From the NCBI RefSeq assembly GCF_018350175.1, contig NC_058368.1, positions 52,205,815 through 52,269,814 of the forward strand: a DNA stretch of 64,000 nucleotides, written 5' to 3'. The notes beneath the pieces are model-generated. The model saw only the letters and a program-made list of their open reading frames with translations, was not told where the DNA came from and searched no databases. A program made the translations under genes and the position numbers. The stretch is from Felis catus. Lineage: Eukaryota. The first letter of the stretch is position 1, and each line of letters opens with the position of its first letter. Below, one piece after another: positions 38,001 to 51,339 of the stretch.

Positions 38001-39249
38001 TAACGAAATTAACATTTTCACCTAGACCAGAAAATCCTCTACAAGGAAGTTGTCTATGCAACCAGTGAAAGTATGAAAGAAACAGACACAGTGAACATTA
38101 GCATAAGGACCATCCATCTGGAGAAATGGTGAAAGCAATTGAAGTTACCCTTTTGTACCTTCCTAGACATGTGGTTCAGTTTCCTTCTGAGCCTACTCAC
38201 CCTCTGACAGCCGTCATCTTTTTTTTTTTTTTTTTTTTTTTGGTAAAATTTCTATCCAGATTGTTATAAACTGAGACTAATAGGCAATGAAGCCATGGCA
38301 GATCTGAGTGTATATCTCCCTGTACATATATCTTTATTCTAATCATTGATTCTTAAAGACAGCAAACTCCTTGCCATCTAAAGGAATGCATCTGAAATAA
38401 GTGTCAAACGATATGATTTGGTTCAGATCTACAAATGTTTATTGGAGACCTGCTGTGTTTCAAGTTAGACACACAAAAAATAAACAAGACATGGCATTTA
38501 CATTAGCACTGATATTTTCCGGGCTGGGATCCCTGACTCCTTCCATACAATCGTGTCATAATTAGTAGACAAGAAAATCACCAGTTCTGCTGGGAAATAG
38601 TAGTAGGAAAGATTAAATCCTGAAGGTGTGGAATCAAATCCTGTCTCTGCCGTTCTCCAGCTGTGTTACCTTGTGTTAAGGAATTAACATGTCTTAATTT
38701 TGATGAGCCTCTTACCAGGGATAACTGCATTTTCTGGTCCCAGAGCAGATTCATTAAGAAGAGCTCCCCTCTCCCTCCACAAAAGTTCCTTGTTCTGTAC
38801 AATCAATAATAGGGTCACCCATATTTTACTTCATCTTTTAAAATTGGATTGATCATGCCAACATCAGAAGTGGTGGGAGAATTAAATGACCATATGTGTG
38901 TGTCCATACAAAAATTTGTCAAAATGTATATAAATGGAGTTGAATAGGCAAAAAACCCAACAAATAAATATAAGATTACTGAAAAATGGAGAGTTATTGG
39001 TATTTTAAGGTATCGCTTCCTCAGTATAAACACAAGCTTATTCCCTGATCTTGTATTGATTTTTCATTGTGTAAACATGTGTTAAGTGTTTTTACCAGTA
39101 TTTCTATGCATCAGAAATCAATCCCATATCCAAATAAATATACCTCAGCTATCCAATGACACTGATTTATTTGAAGTCATTTAAGGCATAGTTATTTTGA
39201 AGCTATTTAAGATATAAAGAAATATAAAAATGTAAATGTCATTTTTAAT

Positions 39250-39305
<56 letters not shown>
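39250..39305. repeat. (TTTC)n microsatellite
   Basis: TTTC run. Confidence 0.97.
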
Positions 39306-40589
39306 TTATTTTTCTTTGCTTTTTTGCAATCTGATGAGATTTGTGATCATTTCTTTCTTTCCCCCCTACTGGAAGGTGGGTAGCATGTAATATTTTCTCT
39401 GAATCGTGTATGAAAGCATGAGCCTTGCTTCTCAAGCTGCTGAAGAACCCTAGAGGATTATTCTACTAGAATAACAACAGCTTGTGAAATATCTCCACGA
39501 GATAACATGTTTTAAAATGGAAGACCCGAGATGACCCTTTAATGGCCAACATTAGAACTCAAAGCTCTTGAAGACTTAGGAGTTTTTCACTTCAATACTT
39601 GGCTAAATAGGTTAAGATTATGAAATAGCCTAACCCAACTCTGTATTGATAATGTTTATGAAAAATGGGAAGCTAAGTACAGAATTAGTAAATATGCCTT
39701 TCCAGAGACAGCCTTAAAATAGCCTCTTAGGTGAAAGGTAAAATGGAGCCCTCATCCTTCTGACCTGTGTAACAATAACCTAGGTTTATGGCTTACCTGC
39801 TCACCTCAGGAAGTGGTAATAACAGCCATTATTTTCTGTGGAAGCAATGCCTGTAACCGTGTCATCCTCTGATAAATCATACGAATTGCATCTTATGATC
39901 TCACCAATGGTTCAATTAACTCACATCACCACTCAATTTATCAAATTAAAAAGGAAGGGTTTTGTGTGTTCTAATAATTGTTTCATTAACATAAAACTAG
40001 CTAAGAACGTGTAGCTTCAGATCTGGATTCATATTATCTCTATGCAGTTTTATTTTGATTTGCTCTGATGGCCATACACGGACATGGCTCTTGTATTCTA
40101 TTAGTTGTCATGATTCTTCTTTCATTAATATACATATGGCTATTGAATGTGGCAGGTTTTCACTGAAGACAAATACAGTGTTATGGAATAAAATGGGAAC
40201 CATAATTCTGAAAGTCCAAGCATGTTCTTAAGCATTCTAAAGGCTTTAAAATGAGTATTGCTATCAGTTCAGTGTGGGATTGGGGTCTTTATGAAAGACC
40301 TATATTAGTATAGTATATTCAAGGAGTCTTAAGATTGGAGATCAAAAGAATTTCATAGCAAATTTTAAGTGATTCTTAAAACTTTTGTCTCACCAGGATA
40401 GACAATAATTCTGCTGTTCCCCTTCACATGAATAAATCAAGTGGAAGAAATATTTGAGAGGTATTTGCCCAATAAAAGTTAATCTTGGAAACTTTAAGTC
40501 AGATGATTACAGAATGTCAGCCACACTTCCGTCGTTTCTACCTCTCCAAGTACAGTTGTACAAGTGCATGCTTAGAGCAGTGTGCCGAT

Positions 40590-40990
40590 CATCACATCTA
40601 ATCATAACTCGTATGTCCCAGTATGCCATTTACACAACTTTCCCCATTATTTTAATCTTACAACAATCATGTAAGTTAAACGTTATCGTTTCTACCTCGT
40701 AGATGTAGGGACCAAGGTTCAGAGGGTTACATCGCCCAAGTTGAGTTGCCCAACTATGTTAAGAGGAAGCTACAGATGTTCTGGTTGAAAGACACCAGCC
40801 TTGGAATCTTAAAAAACAGTTTCACTGCTTGTTAATTGAGAAGTCTTGTGAATTCACTGAAAGTCTCTGAATGCCATATTTCTTATCTCTAAAGGGAGGA
40901 TCCTACCGCCTCGCATGATGATTGTGTTAAATGAAACGTGTGAGTGAAAGCACTGGGCACGTCGCATTCACATTCAATAAATACCCTTTA
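40590..40990. mobile_element. Two MIR fragments, head-to-head (minus ~40590-40780, plus ~40790-40990)
   Basis: TTTAATCTTACAACAATC..GTAGATGTAGGGACCAAGGTTCAGAG and TCTCTGAATGCCATATTTCTTATCTCTAAA..TGAAAGCACTGGGCAC. Confidence 0.65.
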
Positions 40991-41049
40991 TTACTCCTTG
41001 TGTGAAGCCTTGACGCCTTCCTTATTTAACGAACTCACTACCAAATGGA

Positions 41050-42075
41050 CTTGGGCGTTTGGACCATGTCTCCGGTATGTTCACAACTGACTCTATGTTG
41101 GCCTCTGTCTCTTTTATTCTTAAAAGTGGATTTTCCTGTTTATACCCATGGAGGTCATTGAAAATGATGCTTTTGGCCGTCTTTATTTGGGTAACCACAT
41201 ACTCAAATTTCCTCATACTGAATTCATCACCTCCTTACCCTTTGGTTGTTTTCTAGGATTCTTCTCATGACAGCCTGTAATACAGGTACTCATTCTCAGT
41301 TTGAGTTCATTTTAGCACTATTGTCTCTACCTCGGATAGACTCAGAACTTTCATGCTACTTTTAACTCTTTACCCTACCTCATTCCCCAAATAGTTAGGT
41401 GCAAAATCTGATCCTACTAATTTTAACTTTGCCTCTCACATCCTTCTCTTCCCTTATTTTGTCAATTCTCCCGCTTCAGTTCAGGCCCTTTGGCTACACA
41501 ACTGGACTATTGCAGAAATCTCCCAATTTGTTATCCTGCCTCTAATTAATCTTCATATCAATCTTATCACATTTGTCTCTAAATTAACCTTCTAAAATAG
41601 TAGTTTAATCATGAAATCAAAACCTGTATCTTCTCACCAGTTTCAATACCAAGTCTAAACTCTTCAGCATGGCACTAAAGGTCTGCTCTCACTTTTGTAA
41701 TTTTATTTCTCCACATAAAGTTGGTCTACTATTATTTCCAAGGCGCACCTGGCAGTCGTGTAGCTCTGGAATTGAATTCTTACCACATTATCCTCTGGAA
41801 TTACTTTGATTCTTCTCCCACAGTAGAAGACTTTGTTCTTCAAAGACCTGCAAAAATTTCATGTCTTTAATGAAATCTTATAACTAGTCCTAAGTGCTTC
41901 TCTCCTCACCAGTTAAATTGAGCCACATAATTTTTTTCTGTTGACTATTCATACTTCTGGAGGTGTTTTTTCATTCTCTATCTAGAGGCTTAAAGTGGAC
42001 TTTCTGGAATCACCCCTTTATCTCCTTATATAACTGGCTATTGCATATTCTTACTGAGCTGTTCTCACCCAGTAG
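41050..42075 (+). mobile_element. L2 fragment(s), diverged
   Basis: TTCAGGCCCTT..CTGGACTATTGCAGAAATCTCCC..AAGTCTAAACTCTTCAGCATGGCA. Confidence 0.65.
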
Positions 42076-42087
42076 GCCTTGTGCTGA

Positions 42088-42474
42088 ACAACAACAACAA
42101 GACAACAAGAACAACACACACACACATATATAAAACAACAAGAACACACACACACACATATATATATGTGTGTTGTTTTTAATATATATATTATATATGA
42201 TTTTAATATATATATAATTAATATATTTGTGTATAGATATGTATACATATACAGCAAAGCCTTAGCAACTTGTCAAAATACTTTCTAAAGTATTACAAAA
42301 TACAAATACAAATAATAAGTATTACAAAATACAAATACAAAATAATGCAAAGCCTGTTGCTAAGACTGTGTGTGTGTGTGTGTGTGTGTATATGTATATA
42401 TATATGTGTATATATATACACATTATATATGTATATATGTATATATATGTATATATATATGTATTATATATATG

Positions 42475-42515
<41 letters not shown>
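42088..42515. repeat. Compound (CA)n/(TA)n/(TG)n low-complexity region
   Basis: Directly visible dinucleotide runs with internal duplications. Confidence 0.95.
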
Positions 42516-42517
<2 letters not shown>

Positions 42518-44563
42518 CCCATCCAGATTCTAAACTGAAATTAACTAGAACAGAACCTAAACTAGCATCCTGGACCCATTGATTATATTACGTCTCACTA
42601 AAATGTTTTCTTTGCTGAGTACAGAAACCACTTAGTTGCATAAAAAACTTTCTGCTTTTGGATATATTTGGAAATATTTATGCTTAATTTATTGTGTAAT
42701 TGTCAGATACAAAAGAAGAAAAATACTGAAACTGTATTATGACCCCCACGTTGGAATTATACAGCTGGTAGGGAAGTTATCATCTAATACAAGTGTTAAT
42801 GAAATGTTAATCTTCTAAACATGAGCCTTCTGTGATCCAGAAACAGCAACTGAAGAGGCAAACACAAAGTACATACATAAACCAGATCACATGTTAGCAA
42901 AATAATAATGGATATGATATTTTTCATCTTGCCCTATTTTATTGTTCTTTCCTTTCTTTTCTCTCTGTCTCTCCACAACTATATACTTAAAAATTTAAGG
43001 ACTGTGAGAGTTTCACTACTCTCAAACACCCATACTGCAGAGCACATAGAATGCATGCTAATTAAATTTCAAACAGCAATGCAGGTAGTCAAACAAATAC
43101 ACAACAGATTCTCAATCTATATTTTCAACTTAAATTAAAATAAGGTACAACTCCTTTATAAAAGACAAAAATTCAAATTGTATTTCTATAACGCAAATCC
43201 CAGTTATAAGACGGAGTAGTCAGCATGAAGATTTGCCACCAGCCTCTTAAGTGCATTAGAAATTAGCCCAACGCTGAGCATTCTCTATTTTAAAATGCTG
43301 TAATAGCTGGCTTGACTGCGCACAGGTATTCACAAGCAGAGAATAGTCAATGTAATCATCTAGTCAATTTGAAAAAAGCCCTATGATCTTATGTCACCTA
43401 CTTCTCATCTCTATGTTGAGCCATAAAAGAACCCTGCTTAATTGTGACCAAAGTGGTTGATAATGCCAGAGAAGACCTATCAGATAGATCTGGATGCTTC
43501 CATATGCAGTGACTTGCTCATTCAGGGGTCACTGACAGATCAAATACTTGGTGGGAAAATTTCCAACAGCTCTATCAAGATAATTTTTAGAATAATTTTT
43601 AAGGCTGTATGTTAGAAAGTATTTTGACAAGTTGCTAAGGCTTTGCTGTTCATCTGAATGTGCCATTTTCTTCACATCTCTCAAGTGGGAAATCACCAGA
43701 GATCTAACCAGTGATTTAGTGTTCATCCGTGCCGGAGAGAAACTTCAATGGTTCATTAATGTAGGCTGATTCCCACTCCTGCTGCCTTTGATTCTGGTTT
43801 TAATATAAGCTTCCTATCTGTGTGACTGTCACGGGCACAGTCCAAGCAAGCACAGAGATGGCAGCTGAGAAACCAGAAAGTTATTTTTCAATCATATATA
43901 GGTAGCCTCATTAGTTGTACTAAAGATAATAATAATTATAAATGTAGCCTTTTCACATCACCCAGGTGACCATGTTGAGTGTATTGTCTCTAAGCGTTTG
44001 TCAGCATGTAAAGATCTCTCTTGTTGCACATGGAATTAAAAGGGATTTTGTCCTGAGACTCCCTTTAGAAATTTCCATTAATTCCGGCTTTCTTTCCAGC
44101 TAACAATTATTTTGTATGACCAATAGAGAATTGCAGCATCATTTGGTGTGTTGATATTGAATGACTCATGATAGCAGAAAGCTAGAGAGGAAACAAAATA
44201 AGATGGCCAGAGCAGGGATACCTGGATTTTAGAACTTCTTTAGGATTCTTCCCAAAGAAGCAGTGACTTACTCATTGGATAAACCAAGCAATGATGAAAA
44301 GGGACAATGTCAAAGGATGCTTTAAAATTCATTTGTATCCCTTCTATGGCAAAGTACCATTTGGGGATTTTTTTTTTAACAAAAGGGGTGGAAAGGTCTC
44401 TTTTCAAGTAGCTTGGTGAGGTAGGGGAGCAGAGAAGTTGAGAATGAGCTTAAGGCACTAATACAATCCAAAGTATCCTTGGTCTGCTCAAGTAGAGTTC
44501 TCATTTGACCTAAACCCATGAGATGTGCATTAAATATCTGGACTTAAAATATGGTGGTTCACA

Positions 44564-44740
44564 GGGCACCTGGGTGACCCAGTCGGTTGAGCATGGGACT
44601 TTGGGTCAGGTCATGATCTCACGGTTCCTGAGTTGAAGCCCCACATCTGGCTGCTGCTGTCAATATAGAGCCCACTTTGGATCTTCTGTCTCCCTCTCTC
44701 ATACTCTCTCTCTCAAAACTAAATAAACATTTAAAAAATA
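44564..44740 (+). mobile_element. CanSINE
   Basis: GGGCACCTGGGTGACCCAG head, CT tract, tail. Confidence 0.93.
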
Positions 44741-47337
44741 ATTCTAATATTCTACTGTTTTATAAATCATATGTGCCCACTGAGGCAATATAATTCTTAA
44801 TAGTAAGACTTGAGGAAATTTCTATTGTCTCTATTCTTTAGCAGAATCACCTGGACACTGAATGCTGTCCCCTCCCAAAAAGAAATAAAAGTTTCAAATA
44901 TAAATTTTCATTTCTATCATATTAGTAAGAGCTATAAGGAAAGATTACATTTAAGAAGAATCACAGCGTGGAGAAATCTTTACTTCCCTCCATGTTTAAA
45001 TATTAGGAAATACTTCTGGAAGTATTTTCCTACATTATTGGCTTGTCGAGATGACAAATTTCCATTTAATATTTAATTCTATTATTTCTCAATTGTTCCT
45101 TCACCCCTTTTCTCATTCCTCAATGATTTACTTTAAATTCTAACTTGTCACACTACCTCGCCATGAGATGCCAGGTATATATTTCCTATACTTTCTGAGC
45201 TTGTTTATCTACAAAATGGGGACTGTGGCATTTTCACCTGATGTCAGAGGAAAGAGGTAAGCTTTCATTTTGATGTTGGCTGTAAATAAAGCTTTTTGAC
45301 CATTTTTAAAAATTAGGTAGCGACTACTCTATAGCCTATGATTTATGAATCAGATTCTAGTTACTTATTTTCAAGTTAGTCCTTCCTAAGAGAGTTGCTC
45401 CTGGACACTTCCAGGCATCATAAAGAACTTGAGATGTACAGTTCTGAAATGTTGAAGGCTATTCTACCCATGTTTTACAGAAGGTGTATTTGTAGATTAC
45501 GATAATTATGTTGGTAATCATGTGACCTTTTGTTCATGATAGGACCGGGGCTGCAGGGGTTAAGATTCTAATTTCCTTGTACTTAACTTGGGCCATATTT
45601 GTTGTCCTAAAGAAAGCGATTTATAAATAAATCGTTCCTTAGATTTGGACTAAACCAAGATCAATGTCATTTCTGAGAACCAATCTAACTTTGTGTCTGA
45701 CACTATTAGCAGTCAACACTTAAGAGAAGCACGGCTTTTTGGGTTTTGACCATACACAGTTAACTATGTTGTTGTGGTAGAGCCATAGCCTCATCACGCC
45801 GCAGGAGAGGTAAGAAGCAAGAAACATACTATAAAGAAGATACCGGTTTGTAAACTTCCAACGGAGAAAGGAGATGATCTCTTACTCTTTTTCTGCCACC
45901 TGCAAATACATGAGTCACTGTCTTACAGATCTTCAGGGCTCAGATAGTTATAGAACTTGATCTTTCAAATAAGAGAGTTCGAAAGTCATAAAACTGATCT
46001 TGTTTAATTGAACCAAATTACAATACTTGGACGTTAGAGTTTGGATTTAACATAGACAAGCTCTTCCAAAATCTTAATTGTTTTGAAGTCAGAAAACTCC
46101 TTAAGATACCAAATATTTAGAGACCAAAGATCGTTAGAGCAACACGCTTAACGCAAATTGGATGATCTGTAATTCTCACTGATGAGTCCAGGAAGTTTAA
46201 ACCGACATGAAGAAATACCGATACTCCTTTTTGAAAGCTTCTACACAATGCGCAACCATTTTGTCTGTATTCAGTCAGTCTTTGTGAATTAAGCTGGGCC
46301 TGACATGTGACAGGAAGTACACAAATGGTGATTCGCATTATTATTATTAGGCAGCTTCCCAAAGGCCTATTTTAAGAAAACAAACATGATTGCCATGAAT
46401 AGAAAAAAAATAAAATTTCCTCTATCCAAGCACCTCAATACTTCTCTACTCGCTACAAATACTATTTACAAGTCTTTTGTATTAAATACTTTCTATTGAA
46501 ATCACACTGACAATGAGACGCTAGGCACCAGTGTGGTAAAACTGGTGTGATCTGAACGGTGTATCAGTCAAAGGAACAATGCTAGGAACCTCCTCCAAGC
46601 AGCCACATTAGTCATTAAACCGGCTAAAGCATTTTTCAGTCATCCTGAGCCCACATTCAGGCCGTTGGTAGACTTGCTTCTACCTAGAGGTTTCTATTCA
46701 TCGACCAGGCTGCGCTTGCTGGGAATGTGAGAGGTACGGCTAGTTGTGTTATATTGTGTTGATAGTATTTTGTGTGATTTGTTCCATATCTCCAGTGGTC
46801 TGAGGAGAGATTATGTTTCCAGCCTTCTAGTACACATAAGATGACATGAAATAAATTGTTGATTCTATTGCACTGTCAGCATGGGGCTACAGATCCACAA
46901 TCTGACTTCTGAAGGTTGAGGTTATGCACTAGCTTGCTCTAGAGAAACCCTATACGGGCCCAAAGATCTCTAAAGGTGATATAAAGCTTACAGCTCCAAA
47001 AGAATGTTTCTATGCTGCAATGTGATCTATAATGATGTATGCAGCAGACCAAGAACCAGAAAATGAGATCCAGGTGGTAATTTAAATTTTAGGAAGAGCT
47101 GGAGACAGAGTGACAAATAATTGTCAAACTTGTGCATTTGAAATGCAAGCCATCTTCCCCCATTGGTTGATATTTCTGCTTTTAATTAAAAGAGGCATGA
47201 GATGAAAATGCAATTAGGACGTATAATAGACAGACGAATGAAATAGACTAGAAAACATAGAAATAGAAACACTCATGGGATTTTAGGTTGTAATAAAGGT
47301 GCCCACTCAGATCAGTGGAGCAAAGTTGGATCATTTT

Positions 47338-47568
47338 ATTTATTTATTTATTTTAATTTTTTTTTCAACGTTTATTTATTTTTGAGACAGAGAGAGACAG
47401 AGCATGAACGGGGGAGGGGCAGAGAGAGAGGGAGACACAGAATCGGAAACAGGCTCCAGGCTCTGAGCCATCAGCCCAGAGCCTGACGCAGGGCTCGAAC
47501 GCATGGACCGCGAGATCGTGACCTGGCTGAAGTCGGACGCTTAACCGACTGCGCCACCCAGGCGCCCC
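47338..47568 (-). mobile_element. Young SINEC_Fc
   Basis: Perfect TSD AAAGTTGGATCATTTTA (47322-47338, 47569-47585). Confidence 0.98.
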
Positions 47569-47864
47569 AAAGTTGGATCATTTTAATAAATGCCATTGGA
47601 GCAGATAGATAACTATTTGGGAAAAAGACGAAGTTGAGTCTTTTGTACTATATACATCCAGAAAATCAATACAAAATTGTATCAATAACAATTTTAATTT
47701 AAAAAGGGAAAACACTGAAGTACTAGAAAAAAGCATGGCTTCATTTTTTATAAACCTGGATTGGAAAAAAGCTTTCTATGATCCAAACTCCAGATGCCAT
47801 AAAGGAAGACTGGGAACTTTTGTTATGTAAAAATAAGAACTATATCACTATGACAAAAATAAAA

Positions 47865-48770
47865 CAGTATGGTGATTCGACAATTGCATACGTGACACAA
47901 TAAACATAGTTACCATATGAAATTATTACGATATTATTGACTCTAGTCCCTATGCTATACTTTTTATCCCTTGACTTATTTATTTTATAAGTAAAGAAAA
48001 ATTCTATTTTTTAAGTTTGTATCTCTTAATCCCTTTTACCTGTTTTGTACAGCTTCTCACTTTCCTTCCCTCTGGCAACTACCACTTTGTTCTCTGAATT
48101 TAGGAATTGGTTTCTGTCTGTTTATTTGTTTCGTTTTTTAGATTCCACGTATAAATGAAATCATAGTATTTTTCTTTCAATGTATGGTTTATATCATTTA
48201 GCCTAAGACCCTCTAGGTCCATCCATGTTATCACAAATGGCAAGATTTCATTCTTTTTGTAATTTTTTTTAATGTTTATTTATTTTTGAGAGACAGAGAC
48301 AGACTGTGAACGGGGAAGGGGAAGAGAGAGAGGGAGATGCAGAATCTGAAGCAGGCTCCAGGCTGTCAGCACAGAGCCCAGCGTGGGGCTGGAATTCACA
48401 AACTGTGAGATCATAACCTGTGCCGAAGTCAGACACTTAACCAACTGAGCCACCCAGGTGCACCAAGATTTCATTTTTTTTTTTTATGGCTGAGTAATAT
48501 CCTGTTGTGTGTGTGTGTGTGTGTGTGTGTGCATGTATCACATTTTTTTATCCATTCATCTATTAATGGACACTTAGGTGGCTTCCATAGCTTGGCCACT
48601 GTAAATAATTTGGTAATAAACATTAGCTTGCATATATCCTTCTGAGTTTGTATTTTTATTTTCTTTGGATAAGTACCCAGAAGTGTTGGACACCTGAAAC
48701 TAATATAATATTGTATGTCAACCATAACTTCAATTAAAATAAAATAAAACAAAATAAAACAAAACAAAAT
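47865..48770. mobile_element. Carnivore L1 3' fragment with 5' inversion (minus 47865-48684, plus 48685-48770)
   Basis: Antisense 3'UTR/ORF2 end joined to sense terminal TTGGACACCTGAAACTAATATAATATTGTATGTCAAC + A-rich tail. Confidence 0.85.
48262..48463 (-). mobile_element. CanSINE nested in L1
   Basis: TSD CAAGATTTCATT. Confidence 0.96.
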
Positions 48771-49639
48771 ATCTTTATAAGCCAAGTCAAATGCCAAATA
48801 CCAAATTAGGGAAAATTATCTATGGCTCATATTAAATAAAATGGTTAATCTTCATGGTATGTAAAAAGCTACTAGAAATTGAGATGAAATAGACCAATAC
48901 CCTACAGAAAAAAAATGAGCAAGCGATACAAACACAGTTCATAGATAAAGAAATATGACAGGCATTAAAATATAAGCAGAAGGCAAACTCCACTCATAAT
49001 AAAAGATACGTGAACTGAAACCAGCTGTATTTTCTCACCTCTCAGATTGGAAGAAAATAAAAAAAGTTGTTAACATGGTCTGTTGATGAGGCCGTGGGGG
49101 AGGGAGACACTGTTACACATGTTTGGGAAGGGCAGACCAGTACAACCTTTAGGAGGTAAACCTGACAATAGTTTCAAACTTACAGATGCGTTTACTCTTG
49201 AACCCAGAAATGCTGCTTCTGGGAATCTAGCCTGCAGATATATTGCGCAACTCAAATGACTCAATAATAATATTACACTGCGATATTGCTTATAATAACA
49301 AAATACTGGAAACAAGCCAATATAGACCATGATGCATCTCAAAATTGGAATGTTATGCAGTTGTAAAAGAAGAGCTGGGTATCTTTGTACATAGAGTGGC
49401 AGAGATTCGGAATACATTGTTAGGTGAAAAAGCAAGGTCCAGATCAGGTAGCATGCTACCTTTGGTATACGAAAACGAGAAGAATATCACATTAACAGAT
49501 GCATAAGAATATTCTAGAACTAATAAAAATCCTGGGGAAAGGAGAGACATTAGGAAGACTAATGGTGGGAACAGGAGATATAGTACTGGTTAAAAAATAA
49601 AGAGAAAAACCATAAGGTGTAGGAATTTTGGAGAGCGTA

Positions 49640-49944
49640 CACAAGAAACAACAAATGTTGGTGATGATGCAAAGAAAGGCAAACCCTCTTACACTCTTGG
49701 TGAGAAGGCAAACTGGTGCCGTCACTCTGGAAAATAGTATGGAGGTTCCACAAAAAGTTAAAAATAGAACTACCTTATGATCCAGCAATTGCACTACTAG
49801 GTATTTACTCAAAGGACACAAAAATATTGGTTTGAAGGGGCACATGAACCCTGATATTTATGGCAACACTATCAACAATAGCCAGATTATAGGAAGAGCC
49901 CAAATGTCCATAGACTGATGAATGGATAAAGAATATATGGTATA
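49640..49944 (+). mobile_element. L1 ORF2 C-terminal fragment (younger than flanking L1M)
   Basis: CTGGAAAATAGTATGGAGGTTCCACAAAAAGTTAAAAATAGAACTACCTTATGATCCAGCAATTGCACTACTAGG. Confidence 0.9.
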
Positions 49945-49945
49945 A

Positions 49946-50163
49946 GGGCGCCTGGGTGGCTCAGTTGGTTAAGCGTCCAACTTCAGTTCATGTCACGATC
50001 TCCTAGTTCATGGGTTCTGGGCCTCATCAAGTTCTGTGCTAACAGCTCAGGGCCTGGAGCCTGCTTTGGATTCTGTGTCTTCCTCTCTCTCTGCCCCTCC
50101 CCCTGCTCATGCTATGTCTCTCTTTGTCTCAAAAATGAAACAACGTTAAAAAAATTTTTTAAA
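49946..50163 (+). mobile_element. CanSINE
   Basis: Head, CT tract, tail, followed by AT-rich low complexity. Confidence 0.95.
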
Positions 50164-50962
50164 TGTGATATATATATTTTTTAAATATATATTGAAATAT
50201 ATATAATAATATATACTTAATATTAAATTACATATAATTATATATATGTGGCATATACATATATATATTATTTTTTAATCAGCATAATGAACAAGACTCA
50301 TGTCTAGTGTTGTCCACTCTGGGACCAGAAGTCTTGATGCTAAGAGAGAAGTAGGGAACGTCCCATGTAGATACCAATGTCTGGAAGCCACATGCATGGT
50401 GAGTACTGGTGGATGGTGGCTGCATGGGTTCAAATCTAGACTTCACCACTTAATCGCTGGGTGAGGCTGAGCATTGCATTTCAGAGAATAGAATGATCAA
50501 GAACAGTACAATGTATCAATTAGTGAAAGGATGTTTTACTTTAATGAAAAAGAAAATGTACTGCATTTTAATAGCAAAAGAGAAACAATGACACTTTTCA
50601 CATGGGGGTGGAGACTAAAGGTAGACAATAAAAAATAGTGGCTCTAGACATAATCCACAGATTTGTACACGTGGAAACAGTCTTGTTGGTCAAGGCATAT
50701 TTGACTGAAAAAACAAACCACTAGAAAAATAGGAAGGCTGATGTGCCTGGATTCTAAAAGGTTTTTGTTTGTTTTGTTTTGTTTTGCTTTTTGCCGCTAG
50801 TGAAACCATACATAATGTCTGCCCCGTAAATCCATGTGAACTTAAAAACAACGGAGAGATTTAAAGAAAGTAGAATGAACATAAAATTGGGACGGAAGGT
50901 TATATTAAGAGGATTGAAGGGAGTAAAGAGTTTTGACTAAGAATTTTAAAAACAAGCACTAT

Positions 50963-51167
50963 GGGGCGCCTGGGTGGCGCAGTCGGTTAAGCGTCCGACT
51001 TCAGCCAGGTCACGATCTCGCGGTCCGTGAGTTCGAGCCCCGCGTCAGGCTCTGGGCTGATGGCTTGGAGCCTGTTTCCAATTCTGTGTCTCCCTCTCTG
51101 CCCCTCGCCCGTTCATGCTCTGTCTCTCTCTGTCCCCAAAATAAATAAACGTTGAAAAAAAAAATTT
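50963..51167 (+). mobile_element. Young SINEC_Fc
   Basis: Perfect TSD AAAAACAAGCACTA (50948-50961, 51168-51181); CpGs intact. Confidence 0.98.
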
Positions 51168-51339
51168 AAAAACAAGCACTAAATTCCATGCATCTGGCTG
51201 CTATGGATATTGAGGATGTAAAATTAGGTATATTGTATAGCTGGAGGTGCAGGTAATATGAGATAAAATGGTTAATACATTTTGAATTTTTCATCATTAT
51301 TAATAATAATTGATGGAAATAGCTTATCCAAATTTTGAA

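Larger units (their letters stand above)
47210..49630 (+). mobile_element. Ancient L1M ORF2-3'UTR fragment (host to nested insertions)
   Basis: Sense L1 ORF2-like motifs continuing across nested elements (ATAGACAGACGAATGAAATAGACTAGAAAAC..; GTAAAAAGCTACTAGAAATTGAG..; ACATGTTTGGGAAGGGCAGACCAGTACAACC). Confidence 0.75.

Noticed and set aside
42051..42533. Tyr/Ile/Cys/Val-rich ORFs
   Set aside because: Translations of (TA)n/(TG)n microsatellites.
46179..46240. CTGATGAGTCC resembling a hammerhead ribozyme core
   Set aside because: No closing stem II directly followed by GAAA, and I could not pair stems I and III; the 7-mer also occurs elsewhere (e.g. ~6013, ~56252).
10581..49263. Several AP-1 heptamers (TGASTCA) across the window
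   Set aside because: About eight seen, roughly what chance predicts for 64 kb.
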